Assembly (NCBI GenBank): GCA_048938005.1
Contig: JBHLMQ010000003.1
Location: 32,001-96,000, forward strand
Length of the DNA: 64,000 nt
Direction of reading: 5' to 3'
Source of the DNA: Promethearchaeota archaeon
GTDB taxonomy: Archaea; Asgardarchaeota; Lokiarchaeia; Sigyniarchaeales; SOKP01
The translations under genes were made by a program, and so were the position numbers. Shown in pieces: positions 1-10,276 of the stretch. The notes beneath the pieces were generated by a model, which worked only from the letters and a program-made list of their open reading frames with translations, was not told the DNA's origin and ran no database searches. Within the stretch, counting starts at the first letter, position 1. Each line of letters opens with the position of its first letter.

Positions 1-1
1 A

Positions 2-343
2 AAAGACCGTTTAGACAAATTTTCAATGGATTCATTTGTACGAGTTATTGATGACGCTTTAAAACAATCTGGCTACACACGTGAAGATATTAATTATTTG
101 GCATTACTACATATGAAGAGAAGTGCATTTGAATATGTTGCCAAAGCAGTTGGAGTTGATCCATATTCACAATCAACCTATCTCGAAAATATTGGTCATA
201 ATGGGCAGAATGATGGTATAATTTCAATTGAATATGGAGTTCGCGATGGAAAAATTAAAAATGGTGATATTGTTGTTATTGCCTCTGCAGGAATTGGGTG
301 GGCGTGGAATGCTGGAGTAATAAAATGGGGTACTCCTGATTAA
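2..343 (+). CDS. 3-oxoacyl-ACP synthase III (FabH-like) family, C-terminal part; 5'-truncated by window edge
   Basis: Frame open from base 2; LLHMKR and ENIGHNGQND motifs, ending in DIVVIASAGIGWAW as in the KAS III C-terminal domain. Confidence 0.85.
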   Translation, partial: KDRLDKFSMDSFVRVIDDALKQSGYTREDINYLALLHMKRSAFEYVAKAVGVDPYSQSTYLENIGHNGQNDGIISIEYGVRDGKIKNGDIVVIASAGIGWAWNAGVIKWGTPD

Positions 344-453
344 ATTTAAGATTTTATAATAAAATAGATTGGTTTTACACAATATGTTATCTAATTAATA
401 TACCAATTACATTTTAAAACCTAATAGTTTAATAATAAGAATGATGGGAAATT

Positions 454-1692
454 ATGGAAGAAAGAACTAAATGGTTTAATGAAAAATGGTGGATATCACC
501 ATTAAATTACATCGATGAAGTAAGAGAATCTTTTCATCTTCCCAATAGAGTTTATGTGAGGGATTCAACTATTCGAGAGGGGGAAGAAACTCCCGGGGTC
601 TATTATACCTTAGATCAAAAGATTAAAATTGTTGAAAAGTTAGAAGAATTAGGTGTTGAGCATATAGATTGTGGTTATATTGGTCAGGTTCAAGACCAAT
701 GGGATTTAGCTAATCAAATTAAGGAATTAGGAATGAAATTAAAAACTTATTCCCATTTAAGCTCAAATCCTTCACGCTGGACAAATGAAATTAAAAAATC
801 ATTAGAAGCCAAACTTGATTATATAGGGTTTGGTATAGTCTTAACAAAATGGCAACTCCGATTATTCACTGGTGATGAAAATATAACGCCCGATGTTATG
901 ATTAGCTTAATTCCTGCTGTTTTAAAAAGAATTAGAAGGCTGGGTGGTGTAGCAATCTTAGATTGCGTAGATGCTACTCGTTCAGAATTTCATATTTTGA
1001 AAAAGGCAATTGAAATAGGTATAAAACATGGTGTAAAAATGATAATGCTTTACGATACAGTAGGAGCGTGTAATATATCAGCTATCTCTTATTTAATAAG
1101 GCAATTAAGACCGATTGTTAAAAATATCCCAATTGGAATCCACATTCATGACGATTTTGGTCTAGGCACAGCTTCAACAATCGCCGCTGTTGAGCAAGGT
1201 GCAACGTTTATGGATCTCGTTATTAATAAATTAGGTGATCGTGCAGGTAATACATCTTTCGAAGAAGTTATTGTAGCTTTAGAAATGCTATATGGTGTAG
1301 ATACAGGAATTGATCTTACCAAGCTATATAAGATGAGTAAGTTTGTTGAAAAAGTATCAGGCGTACCATTACCATATAATAAGCCTGTTGTAGGCAGAAA
1401 TACATTCTTACATGAGAGTGAACTCCATGTTATGAGTGCCTTAGAAAAAGAGAAATTTTGGATGTGTTTTACACCATATAGACCAGAAGTAGTAGGCCAA
1501 GAAGAACAGGTTATTTTTGGTCCCACAACCCTGCATGGGGACGCTATAAAAATGAAATGCGAGCAAATGGGAATTAAAAATTATATTGATCATATAGATG
1601 AGATTATAACAAAAGTTCATTCTATTATTACTGAGAAGAAATTCATTACAGAGACAGAATTAGAAAAAACAATTAAAAAAATAGTTTACTAG
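454..1692 (+). CDS. Homocitrate/isopropylmalate synthase family (DRE-TIM metallolyase) without regulatory domain
   Basis: RDSTIREGEETPG, LYDTVG, HIHDDFGLG, GDRAGN, NKPVVG..FLHESELH. Confidence 0.88.
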   Translation: MEERTKWFNEKWWISPLNYIDEVRESFHLPNRVYVRDSTIREGEETPGVYYTLDQKIKIVEKLEELGVEHIDCGYIGQVQDQWDLANQIKELGMKLKTYSHLSSNPSRWTNEIKKSLEAKLDYIGFGIVLTKWQLRLFTGDENITPDVMISLIPAVLKRIRRLGGVAILDCVDATRSEFHILKKAIEIGIKHGVKMIMLYDTVGACNISAISYLIRQLRPIVKNIPIGIHIHDDFGLGTASTIAAVEQGATFMDLVINKLGDRAGNTSFEEVIVALEMLYGVDTGIDLTKLYKMSKFVEKVSGVPLPYNKPVVGRNTFLHESELHVMSALEKEKFWMCFTPYRPEVVGQEEQVIFGPTTLHGDAIKMKCEQMGIKNYIDHIDEIITKVHSIITEKKFITETELEKTIKKIVY

Positions 1693-1832
1693 TTATTCTC
1701 TTTTTCAGAATTAAGTATACTCTCAATTTAAATTATACTTTCTGTGGGATTAGAAAGACTAATTTTAAAAGTAAATTCTTTCATTTGTTACGTAAATATT
1801 TTTTTTAAAATTCAAATATAAAATAAAGGAGT

Positions 1833-4800
1833 ATGCTTTATATGAAAATCTTTAAAAGTAGATCCATCATCACAATTTTCATTATATTTTGCTTTAGTCT
1901 ACCTGTTTACAACAACTTTTATAATATTTCTGATAATGCTAATCCAACACAAGAATCATATACTATTATTCCTCAAGCTATTAACCGAACAGGAAAAAAC
2001 TTTTTGAATATAACAATAAATAATAAAGATTGCTATGTCAATCGTGAATTCCCTGGTTTAAACAATCAACCTAAATTAAACATCCTAGGCTATAATATCT
2101 CATATGCTAGAATGAATTTTGAGAATATTACAGCGATAAATTATACTAGAAATATTGAAGAGGATTTCTCAGAATTTATTTTAAGTTCTGTTAATGGTCC
2201 TACATATGTTTATCAAAAATTTGCTATAGAAATAAACCAATATGTTAATAATGTGAGTATTCTTATCCAAGATATTAATGATCCTACGAATTTTACAGAT
2301 GAAAATTCATGGGAAGTTGCCATTGTCAATTGTTTGAATGATACATATGGAACACCTAATCCCAATGAAAATGAAATATTAGGTTCGTTACAAAAACCTC
2401 ATCCTACAGTTTTTGCAGCTCATTGGGAAATTTTCGATTTTAAAAATTCTGAAACAGGATCATTATATTTAGACATAACAAAAACAAATATGACATATGA
2501 AAATGGGATGGAAAAATATTGGTTTGCAATTAGAATAAAAATTCCTAAAGATGATACTAGATTTGGTGGTGGGCCAAAATTCCTCTACTTTAACCCTGAT
2601 GGCGGATCCCCTGAATATATTGGAGAAGGAGAGACATTTGCTAAATCACCAGACTTTATTGTTAATAATTCCACACTTAATAACGTAAAAGATTCTATAG
2701 TTCAAAATGGAACATTATTAAGTGGCAATCTTAATTCATTTAAAGATATTGATGAAGATAGATATCTTGTAACTGATACTGAGAATGTAACCTTAGACAT
2801 TAAGTTTGAGTTAGAAGAATTAAAACATTCTCGTTTTACTTTTTGGCAATTATATCTGTGGGCTCTTAAAAATCCACTTGATTGGTTTCTTAATCACTAT
2901 AAATATCTTTTTAGCATTGATATCTCTCTCGTAGCAAATGTGTCTGACATCCTGCTTTTAAAATCTGCAAATTTATCTATCCGTAACTATAAAACAGGTG
3001 ATCCATGGTATAATACAGGTCTCGATTTAAGACAAACGAATGAGTCTTTAATATATTATTCTGTGAGAGACCCTGAGACTAAATTCGGGCTCCTTCATCT
3101 AATGGGTAATGCTCCTATGCCTTTAACTAATAATACTCTTGAGTTTAAATTTGAATATCTTGGTACTGGTGGAGGCGATTTTAATATATCTATTAATCAG
3201 TTTAAAGTTGAGATCGGTGAATTAGAAAATCTTAAAACAATTCAACAGTATGATCCTTTAATACAAGATTTATATACTCCAAATGATTTAAGCATTCTTA
3301 ATGGAACTACTTTGCCATTTGGTAATCAGTCAATTGAATCATTAGAACAAACTGATTATGAAACTTTTAAAGCTCAAGCATTAACCAGTAATATTTCATT
3401 AGAATTTCATTTAAATGTACTTAATGATATTGATAGTTCTTTATGGAATATTGATTATTATGATTGGATTGCTTCTTATCCAAATCCAATAATTCCCATC
3501 TCAGAAATAAGAATCACTTCAAATGTTAGTAGACCTGAAAACCTTACTCAAGCAGTCTTAGAACTTTATAAGGGAAATAAAACATTTGATCTTCTTGATA
3601 AGGAGCAAAATAAAGCAACTTGGCTTCAGATAAGTGATATTAGACAATTTGCTAATAAGAGCGAAGTTACAACAGTACTCCCTTACGAAGCAGGATTTAC
3701 TTGGATTTTTTTGCAATTATTAAACGAATCTGAAAATAACCTAGTAAAATTACGATTAAGATATAATTCTAGTAGTATCTTTGATTATGGATTTAATGTC
3801 TCCATCAATGAATTCAGCGCAAATTTCTATATACAAAATGCAATTTCTTCAGATATATCATCAAAAATAGGATTAGGTATAAATAGTAATATGTTAACTC
3901 CTTCTGATATAAAAATGCAAAATTTTGGAGTTGATATAATTGATACTGGAATTGGTGAGGGTAATTGGACTGCAGAAATAGATGATGCCTTTATTTCTGA
4001 AGGGATTTTTGAATTCAATATATCTTCACAATGGCATTCAATTAGATTCGACGTGAATGGAACTTATGAAATATTTAAAATTATTCCAGAATTAGAATTC
4101 ATTGAAATTCCAGCTCACCAATATATGATTGGAACGAATTCTTTTTCTGTAAGAATAACTAAAGCAGGAGGAATGCCAATAGTAAATGTTAAAATTATCT
4201 TTGAGGTAATAAATCCTAATAATATCAGTATTTATGATACTACTGCCATATCTAATGAAGAAGGAATCGCAACTACTACATTGAATTTTGAAAGCACTGG
4301 TAGAGGATATAACGTAAGAATTAGATTTATTGAAGCGGGGATGTACACTAGCGCTGAATTGATATCACAAGATATCAGAGTGGTAGATGAATTTATTCTG
4401 TTCATGGATAATTTCTTTCGGTTCTTACCATATATTATTATCGGTATTGTTGCTATTGCAGCTTTCGTCACAATACGACAGGTTAGACATACTAGGTTAA
4501 AAAGATTTTGGGCTGGAGAAGCTAAGATTTTGGATGACTTAGTAAAAATCTCATATATCATGATAATACATAAAGATGTGGGAGTTTCAATATATAGTAA
4601 ACAAATATCTTTAGAAGGTATTGATTCAGATCTTATCTCTGGTTTTCTGCAAGCAATATCGCAATTTAGAAGTGAAATTAAAAAAGGATCGATTGATGAA
4701 AAGGGGAAAGGATTTGAAATGGATTATGGCGATTTTAAAATTGTAATTACAGATGGAAATTACGTTAGAGTTGCTTTAATACTAGATGATATTCCCTCCG

Positions 4801-5168
4801 AAAAACTAAAAGAAAACCAATGGTTATTCACAGAAGATTTTGAGAGGAGATATGGTTCGTTATTAACAGATTTTACTGGCGATATCACTCCTTTTAGAGA
4901 AGCAGATAGTCTGGTTGAAAGACATTTCAATGTCTCACTAATCTATCCATTACAATTAGGAAAACATTATGGAGTCATTAAATTAAAGGGCCTTGAAAAG
5001 ACTCTTATAGAAGTTGCTGAGCAAATTCAGAAAGAGCGGAAGTTATTCTTCATATCGAGTCTTCTAAATTTCGCATTAGCAGGCACGAAAGCATCTAGAG
5101 ATGAAATAATAAGTACAATTATTGATTTAAAGACAAAGGGGCTTATAATTCCAGCAGAAATTGAATAA
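1833..5168 (+). CDS. Large single-pass surface protein with cytoplasmic longin-like domain and C-terminal wHTH-like region
   Basis: N-terminal hydrophobic signal, ~850-aa Asn/Ser-rich ectodomain, TM PYIIIGIVAIAAFVTI, then YIMIIHKDVGVSIY..DLISGFLQAISQF..YVRVALIL longin pattern. Confidence 0.75.
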   Translation: MLYMKIFKSRSIITIFIIFCFSLPVYNNFYNISDNANPTQESYTIIPQAINRTGKNFLNITINNKDCYVNREFPGLNNQPKLNILGYNISYARMNFENITAINYTRNIEEDFSEFILSSVNGPTYVYQKFAIEINQYVNNVSILIQDINDPTNFTDENSWEVAIVNCLNDTYGTPNPNENEILGSLQKPHPTVFAAHWEIFDFKNSETGSLYLDITKTNMTYENGMEKYWFAIRIKIPKDDTRFGGGPKFLYFNPDGGSPEYIGEGETFAKSPDFIVNNSTLNNVKDSIVQNGTLLSGNLNSFKDIDEDRYLVTDTENVTLDIKFELEELKHSRFTFWQLYLWALKNPLDWFLNHYKYLFSIDISLVANVSDILLLKSANLSIRNYKTGDPWYNTGLDLRQTNESLIYYSVRDPETKFGLLHLMGNAPMPLTNNTLEFKFEYLGTGGGDFNISINQFKVEIGELENLKTIQQYDPLIQDLYTPNDLSILNGTTLPFGNQSIESLEQTDYETFKAQALTSNISLEFHLNVLNDIDSSLWNIDYYDWIASYPNPIIPISEIRITSNVSRPENLTQAVLELYKGNKTFDLLDKEQNKATWLQISDIRQFANKSEVTTVLPYEAGFTWIFLQLLNESENNLVKLRLRYNSSSIFDYGFNVSINEFSANFYIQNAISSDISSKIGLGINSNMLTPSDIKMQNFGVDIIDTGIGEGNWTAEIDDAFISEGIFEFNISSQWHSIRFDVNGTYEIFKIIPELEFIEIPAHQYMIGTNSFSVRITKAGGMPIVNVKIIFEVINPNNISIYDTTAISNEEGIATTTLNFESTGRGYNVRIRFIEAGMYTSAELISQDIRVVDEFILFMDNFFRFLPYIIIGIVAIAAFVTIRQVRHTRLKRFWAGEAKILDDLVKISYIMIIHKDVGVSIYSKQISLEGIDSDLISGFLQAISQFRSEIKKGSIDEKGKGFEMDYGDFKIVITDGNYVRVALILDDIPSEKLKENQWLFTEDFERRYGSLLTDFTGDITPFREADSLVERHFNVSLIYPLQLGKHYGVIKLKGLEKTLIEVAEQIQKERKLFFISSLLNFALAGTKASRDEIISTIIDLKTKGLIIPAEIE

Positions 5169-5377
5169 TAATTAAATAAAATCTTTTTTTTCTCTTTTAA
5201 AATAAAATATTTTATTACAGCTTATTCAATATATCAAATTTTAGATTTAATAACATATTTAGAACATCTAGATTGATAACAACGTCTTAATTGGAACAGA
5301 AAGGTATTCCTTTCCATTCATCGTACTCAATGATTTTTCATAGGAAAATTCAAAAAAAAGGGATAATTACACTCATT

Positions 5378-6190
5378 ATGGCACAAAGAAAATTTTGGAC
5401 AGTAGGTCAGGTTGATGCCACTGGTGTGCGAGGCCCTCATGAGAAAGAGCTTGAAGATATTAGTAAAGCCAAATATCCTCTTTTTATAAACTTGAATATG
5501 GATGCATTGAAAGATATAGTTAACAATGAATTAGGTGGCAAAATCGAAAATATTGGTTTCAGTGAAGATTGGACAATTTCAATCGAAATGTTCCCTGAAG
5601 TAAATATTCATATGGCATATTCCTATTTTGGAGATGAATTTGGCGATGGGATTGAAGCCGAGTTTAAGTTTTACTTTTCAGGTAAACGAGTCTTTTGGGT
5701 TCCAGGAGAAGATATTGCAACATTTATTGATATTATTATGGATTTCATTGAAAGGAAAATAAAAAAACAAGAACCCTTTGAGCAAAATTACAATAGAAAA
5801 ACCGAATTAATGAAGAATGTATTAAAACAAAGAAGCGAACCATTTTTTCTTCTCAAAGAACAAGAAAAAGAGAATTTAGCTGATTTTCTTGGTGCTAAAG
5901 TTTGGAAAGCAACTAATGGATGGCGTTTAAAAAAAGAATTTTTCCCAAAAATTTTCATTGAAATTATTTGGAATGAAAAAGATGGTTTGGATATAAAATT
6001 CTCAGGGGATAATCTATCTAAAAATATCGATAATTATCATATAGAATTTGTTGGGATCTTCTTAATCAACCATATTCTACGATTTATTACAGTAAATAAT
6101 ATAGATAAAAATTTGCCTGATATCTGTTATATAATGTTCTCGCGGTATTATACAAAAAATATTGGACACTGGGATCATAGAGTAAGATAA
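5378..6190 (+). CDS. Hypothetical protein with two tandem DUF3786-like repeats
   Basis: Repeats WTISIEMFPEVNIHM..FKFYFSG / WRLKKEFFPKIFIEI..IKFSG; ATG at 5378 preferred over TTG at 5291. Confidence 0.55.
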   Translation: MAQRKFWTVGQVDATGVRGPHEKELEDISKAKYPLFINLNMDALKDIVNNELGGKIENIGFSEDWTISIEMFPEVNIHMAYSYFGDEFGDGIEAEFKFYFSGKRVFWVPGEDIATFIDIIMDFIERKIKKQEPFEQNYNRKTELMKNVLKQRSEPFFLLKEQEKENLADFLGAKVWKATNGWRLKKEFFPKIFIEIIWNEKDGLDIKFSGDNLSKNIDNYHIEFVGIFLINHILRFITVNNIDKNLPDICYIMFSRYYTKNIGHWDHRVR

Positions 6191-6223
6191 AGCTAAAAAG
6201 GATTAAAAATAATAAAATTTGGT

Positions 6224-6784
6224 TTAAATCGCTGTCCAAAGTATAGATCTTCCTTTTTTTTCAGCACGCTTAATTTTCTTTGAAGTTTCTAAATCTGACA
6301 TAATTTTCCAGATCTGGGAATTACTTAATTTAAAGTATCTTCGCAATTCGGGAGTTGTCATCTTAGTACCACTCAATAAATTCGGGATTAACCTTTTTAT
6401 TTCGTCTACAGTATTCTCGTCAGACTCTTGAGTGCCTTTATCATCCACTTCTCCTTTTTCCATTTCTGTAATTATTCTGGAAGCAACTTTATTTAATGCT
6501 TTAATATTGTTATCTACTACATTTTTAGGCTTCATAAAAAGGCAACAAAGTTCTAAATCTCTTGGAAACGCGACAATATAGAATTTGTCGTATAATATTG
6601 CTCTAGGCTTTTTAACGGATTCATTTCCACCGCGAAAAGCTAAGTAAAAATTCATAGCAAAATCATCTAGACTTATACCTTTCTTTATATTCGAATATTC
6701 CTTTTTCCACTTAAGAAATGGGCCATCAATCATATCAAATCCAATTAAAGCTGCTCCAAACATTTCATTTTCAGTAAAATTCAT
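6224..6784 (-). CDS. uDENN/longin-like N-terminal domain fused to C-terminal winged HTH
   Basis: AALIGFDMIDGPFLKW (F-D-x-x-x-G-P uDENN-like start); MTTPELRRYFKLSNSQIWKIMSDLETSKKI HTH; 4-nt overlap with the GTPase gene. Confidence 0.6.
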   Translation of the reverse strand: MNFTENEMFGAALIGFDMIDGPFLKWKKEYSNIKKGISLDDFAMNFYLAFRGGNESVKKPRAILYDKFYIVAFPRDLELCCLFMKPKNVVDNNIKALNKVASRIITEMEKGEVDDKGTQESDENTVDEIKRLIPNLLSGTKMTTPELRRYFKLSNSQIWKIMSDLETSKKIKRAEKKGRSILWTAI

Positions 6785-7308
6785 TCTTTTCTTCTCCTCC
6801 TAACTGATATTTTATCTAATTCTTTCTTAATAATATTTATAACTCTTAAACGTTCTGAAGGATTTATAGCTGTTAATCCATATGTTTTGACATGAAGTAT
6901 ATCCTCAACCCTTTTATAATCCATTCGACCATCTTTTTTTATTAAATCTTGCTTATTCGCAATAGCTATAATTGGACACTCTTTCCCTACAAAATGACAA
7001 ACATAATTAATTAATTCTCTTGAATTTAGTACATTTTTAGGTGTTGAGTCGGTAATAATGAATACAATATCAGAACCTAAAAGATAATCACTTGAATAAG
7101 TCTTTAGGTATGATTTTTGCCCCCCAAGATCCCATATTCTTAAAAAGTAATCGTCAAACTTAACTGTTTTTAAATCTAAACCATGAGTAGGAAAGTATAA
7201 TCGTTCTATTTCATTTTGAGCTAAGAGTTTTGCTAATGTAGTTTTTCCCGTGGCAGGATATCCAATTAATGTCAACTTTGCCAATTTGTCTATTTCAGAA
7301 CTTAACAT
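6781..7308 (-). CDS. Small Arf/Rab-like GTPase
   Basis: G1 GYPATGKTT, G2 PTHG, G3 WDLGGQ, G4 NKQD, G5 TAI. Confidence 0.92.
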   Translation of the reverse strand: MLSSEIDKLAKLTLIGYPATGKTTLAKLLAQNEIERLYFPTHGLDLKTVKFDDYFLRIWDLGGQKSYLKTYSSDYLLGSDIVFIITDSTPKNVLNSRELINYVCHFVGKECPIIAIANKQDLIKKDGRMDYKRVEDILHVKTYGLTAINPSERLRVINIIKKELDKISVRRRRKE

Positions 7309-7419
7309 TTCATTTCACTAAATTAAGTGATTTCATAAGAAAGTATGAAATGAAATTGAATATCAATTTGGATAATATCTAAGTAATACGAAATAAATGT
7401 GAGATTTAGAGAAATTAAA

Positions 7420-8145
7420 TTATTTACTCTTCAAAAGGAGTTTTTTCATCCATTTAGGTAGTAAGAATCCTCCATACCACAAAATAGCACTAATTATCAA
7501 AATTAATCTAGTAATAACTATTGTAATTTCATTTAAAGGTATAGATGAGTCTAAGACAGCACCTACAGCAAAGAATATATATGCCATAATAAGCAATTTT
7601 CCTTTTAATTTTACTTCAAGATCATCAGATTTAAGAGAAAGGCGAGCAAAAAGAATGCCGCTAAAAATGACTATTATTAAAAAAGAGATGAGATATACTA
7701 AGATAAAAGATTCATATCTTACATCCACTGGAGGCGTTAACATTCCTATTTGAGACGGATCTATAAAGAGCAAAATAAAGAAGACAATTTCAAAAATTAG
7801 TCCATATATACTAAATATCAATAGAATTAATTTTCTTTTCTCTGTGTATAGAAATTCTGTAAAAGCTATTAACCAAAGAATAATGGCAAAAGGAGTAAAA
7901 ACGTTCCCAATTAAGAAATAAAGCCACTCAGGGATTCCGGATCCATTTATCAACGCTACTATAAATGATACACTCGAGCTCCACCAACTACTAGAAATAA
8001 ACAACCATGTTGTTCCAACATAGAAATACACTTTTTCTCTGTATCTAAAATATCTTGATAAGATTATAAGACCAACCATTATGGAAATAGCAACAAAAAC
8101 AAGACTAAACGTTCCATTTACAATATCTAAAGGGTATAATGTCAT
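7420..8145 (-). CDS. Stand-alone 7-TM membrane protein
   Basis: About seven hydrophobic segments; ends GFLLPKWMKKLL. Confidence 0.75.
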   Translation of the reverse strand: MTLYPLDIVNGTFSLVFVAISIMVGLIILSRYFRYREKVYFYVGTTWLFISSSWWSSSVSFIVALINGSGIPEWLYFLIGNVFTPFAIILWLIAFTEFLYTEKRKLILLIFSIYGLIFEIVFFILLFIDPSQIGMLTPPVDVRYESFILVYLISFLIIVIFSGILFARLSLKSDDLEVKLKGKLLIMAYIFFAVGAVLDSSIPLNEITIVITRLILIISAILWYGGFLLPKWMKKLLLKSK

Positions 8146-8244
8146 TTCTGATATTCATTTTATTTTTATTGGTATAAATAAAGATTAAGAGATTGGATTA
8201 TATAAATATTGAAACTTTTTTCAGATAAATTATTATTTAAGAAT

Positions 8245-10134
8245 TTAAATATTATATAGGAATATTAGCAATATTAATGAAAAAAATGTTGGAGCAATTA
8301 AACTTATTGTTAACAAACTTTGAGAAACTCTAATGCATTCCTTAAGTGTATCGATTATAACATTAAAATATTGCGGATCTCCCCAAACTTTAACGTTTTC
8401 ATAAGAATCCTTATAATAAAATTCAACTGGCTCTAAATCTTCTTCTGCTTTTTCGATTAATGTTTCTAACTTTTCAAGAATAAGATCTGTTTTTATTTTA
8501 TCACCAATTGGTGAATATCCTCTATTTGAAAATTGGCGAGCAACTGTATGTGAATCTGATGTGGTAATTTCTCCTTTTTCTATACCCCGATTTTGTAAAA
8601 AATTTAGGATATTAGACCGAACTTCTACATAGGCATTATTTCCATCAAAGTGAATTAAGACACTTTTCTGATCTGTGTGTTTATTCTTAAACAAATGAAC
8701 AACCATTCCCCCAGCTCCAATCCCTTCATTTTCGGAATATTCTTCTATTTGATCTTTCGCAACTCCATATAACATAGGAACTTTTTGAAGTTTTTTAACA
8801 CTTTCACTCTCCATATATTTTTTAGTAACATCAATTATATCTTTTGCTTCTATTGTATCTTTTTTAATTAAAACCTCATCCCCAATTATAGCATTATGAG
8901 AATCTATGATGATTATTTCTTTATAACCATTAGAAATAGCAATGTTTCTTATATCTTCTCCGACTTCTGATTCAATATCGTCAGAAGGAAGTGGATGTCT
9001 TGTTACAAACACAATTGGGACTTTATCTATTTCTGTACCAATGAGCTTAGCTGAATTAGAAATTTTTCTAGTAAAATCCTTAATTTCTCCTATCCATTTA
9101 ACTTCATTACTATTAATTATTTCAGTGATATCTTGTTTAATTCTCTCAATAATTACCTCAACATAACCTTGGGTCGTTAAATTTTGAGTATGATCATTTG
9201 TTGTATGATAAACTGTAATTCCTGGAATATCACAAAATTCTTTATATATATGTTCTGGTAAATCAGACGACCCACAAGTCTTAAAAGGTCCAAAATGAAC
9301 ATTTGGTATTACTAGTAATCCTTTTATCTTTTTTGTTTTTATACTTCGGATTAGTAAATATTGAATTTTCACATTTGATTCTAGACCAACTGCATCAAAA
9401 TAACTTTCAATGAGATCGTCATTACCATCAGTCATCATTGAAAGAACAAAAGCTCTAATAAACGAATATCCTCGCATTCCAGTTGCTTCTTGATAGATAT
9501 TACTTACTCGAAATAATCCTCTTCTATATGGAATCGCGAACAATAAGGCACATCCAACGAAAAAAACCATAGCTTTAATAAAAAAGAAAATATCAAATTG
9601 TTGACCAGTATATACACTATAAAGAACTATTGCTGTAATGGGTTGAATTAATGATAAAATTAAATTACCACGACGACCTGCAGTTGTAAATGAAAAATAA
9701 ATAACAAAAGCAATGATGTATGAAATTATAACTCCTAAAATAAGAAATATTTCTTGTTGTCTGATATCATTCAAAAGGATAGCCACAATCTGGCCAAAAA
9801 TGATTGTGACTTCAATAATAGCGCTAAAAAATGCATTTATTTGAACTGACCATCCAATTGGAGGTGCTTTTAAGATTGGGGCCTTCTTTGAATAAAATAA
9901 AATTGAAAATAATGTACCACATCCTGAAGTAATTAGGAAAAAAAATGAGAAACGCAAAAAGTGAAATAGATCAAAATATATCCCTGTTAAGAAATAATTT
10001 AATAGTGATGATAGTAAACCAAAAATAATTGGAATCCCAAAAAATATAAAATAGGCTAACTTTTTGGATGAAAATAATTCCATATACGAAATAATACCTG
10101 GTATTTGACGGGTAGGTTTTTTTTTTATAATCAT
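8245..10134 (-). CDS. DUF2070 family membrane protein
   Basis: N-terminal TMs; PNVHFGPF, HTTNDH, IDSHNA, FDGNN, TTSDSH motifs. Confidence 0.85.
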   Translation of the reverse strand: MIIKKKPTRQIPGIISYMELFSSKKLAYFIFFGIPIIFGLLSSLLNYFLTGIYFDLFHFLRFSFFFLITSGCGTLFSILFYSKKAPILKAPPIGWSVQINAFFSAIIEVTIIFGQIVAILLNDIRQQEIFLILGVIISYIIAFVIYFSFTTAGRRGNLILSLIQPITAIVLYSVYTGQQFDIFFFIKAMVFFVGCALLFAIPYRRGLFRVSNIYQEATGMRGYSFIRAFVLSMMTDGNDDLIESYFDAVGLESNVKIQYLLIRSIKTKKIKGLLVIPNVHFGPFKTCGSSDLPEHIYKEFCDIPGITVYHTTNDHTQNLTTQGYVEVIIERIKQDITEIINSNEVKWIGEIKDFTRKISNSAKLIGTEIDKVPIVFVTRHPLPSDDIESEVGEDIRNIAISNGYKEIIIIDSHNAIIGDEVLIKKDTIEAKDIIDVTKKYMESESVKKLQKVPMLYGVAKDQIEEYSENEGIGAGGMVVHLFKNKHTDQKSVLIHFDGNNAYVEVRSNILNFLQNRGIEKGEITTSDSHTVARQFSNRGYSPIGDKIKTDLILEKLETLIEKAEEDLEPVEFYYKDSYENVKVWGDPQYFNVIIDTLKECIRVSQSLLTISLIAPTFFSLILLIFLYNI

Positions 10135-10276
10135 AAACGTTTAAATTGAATGAATTGTAATTAGTAATACTTAATTGAAAAAAAACCTTCTTTTGTATTG
10201 AATAATTCATAAAATTTTATCTTTAATATAAATAATTATAGATAGTATAAAATCAAAAAATTATTTTTAAAAGAAT

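Noticed and set aside
5299-5314. Hairpin GAAAGG-TATT-CCTTTC upstream of the DUF3786-like gene
   Set aside because: A single 6-bp stem is expected by chance and has no further supporting structure
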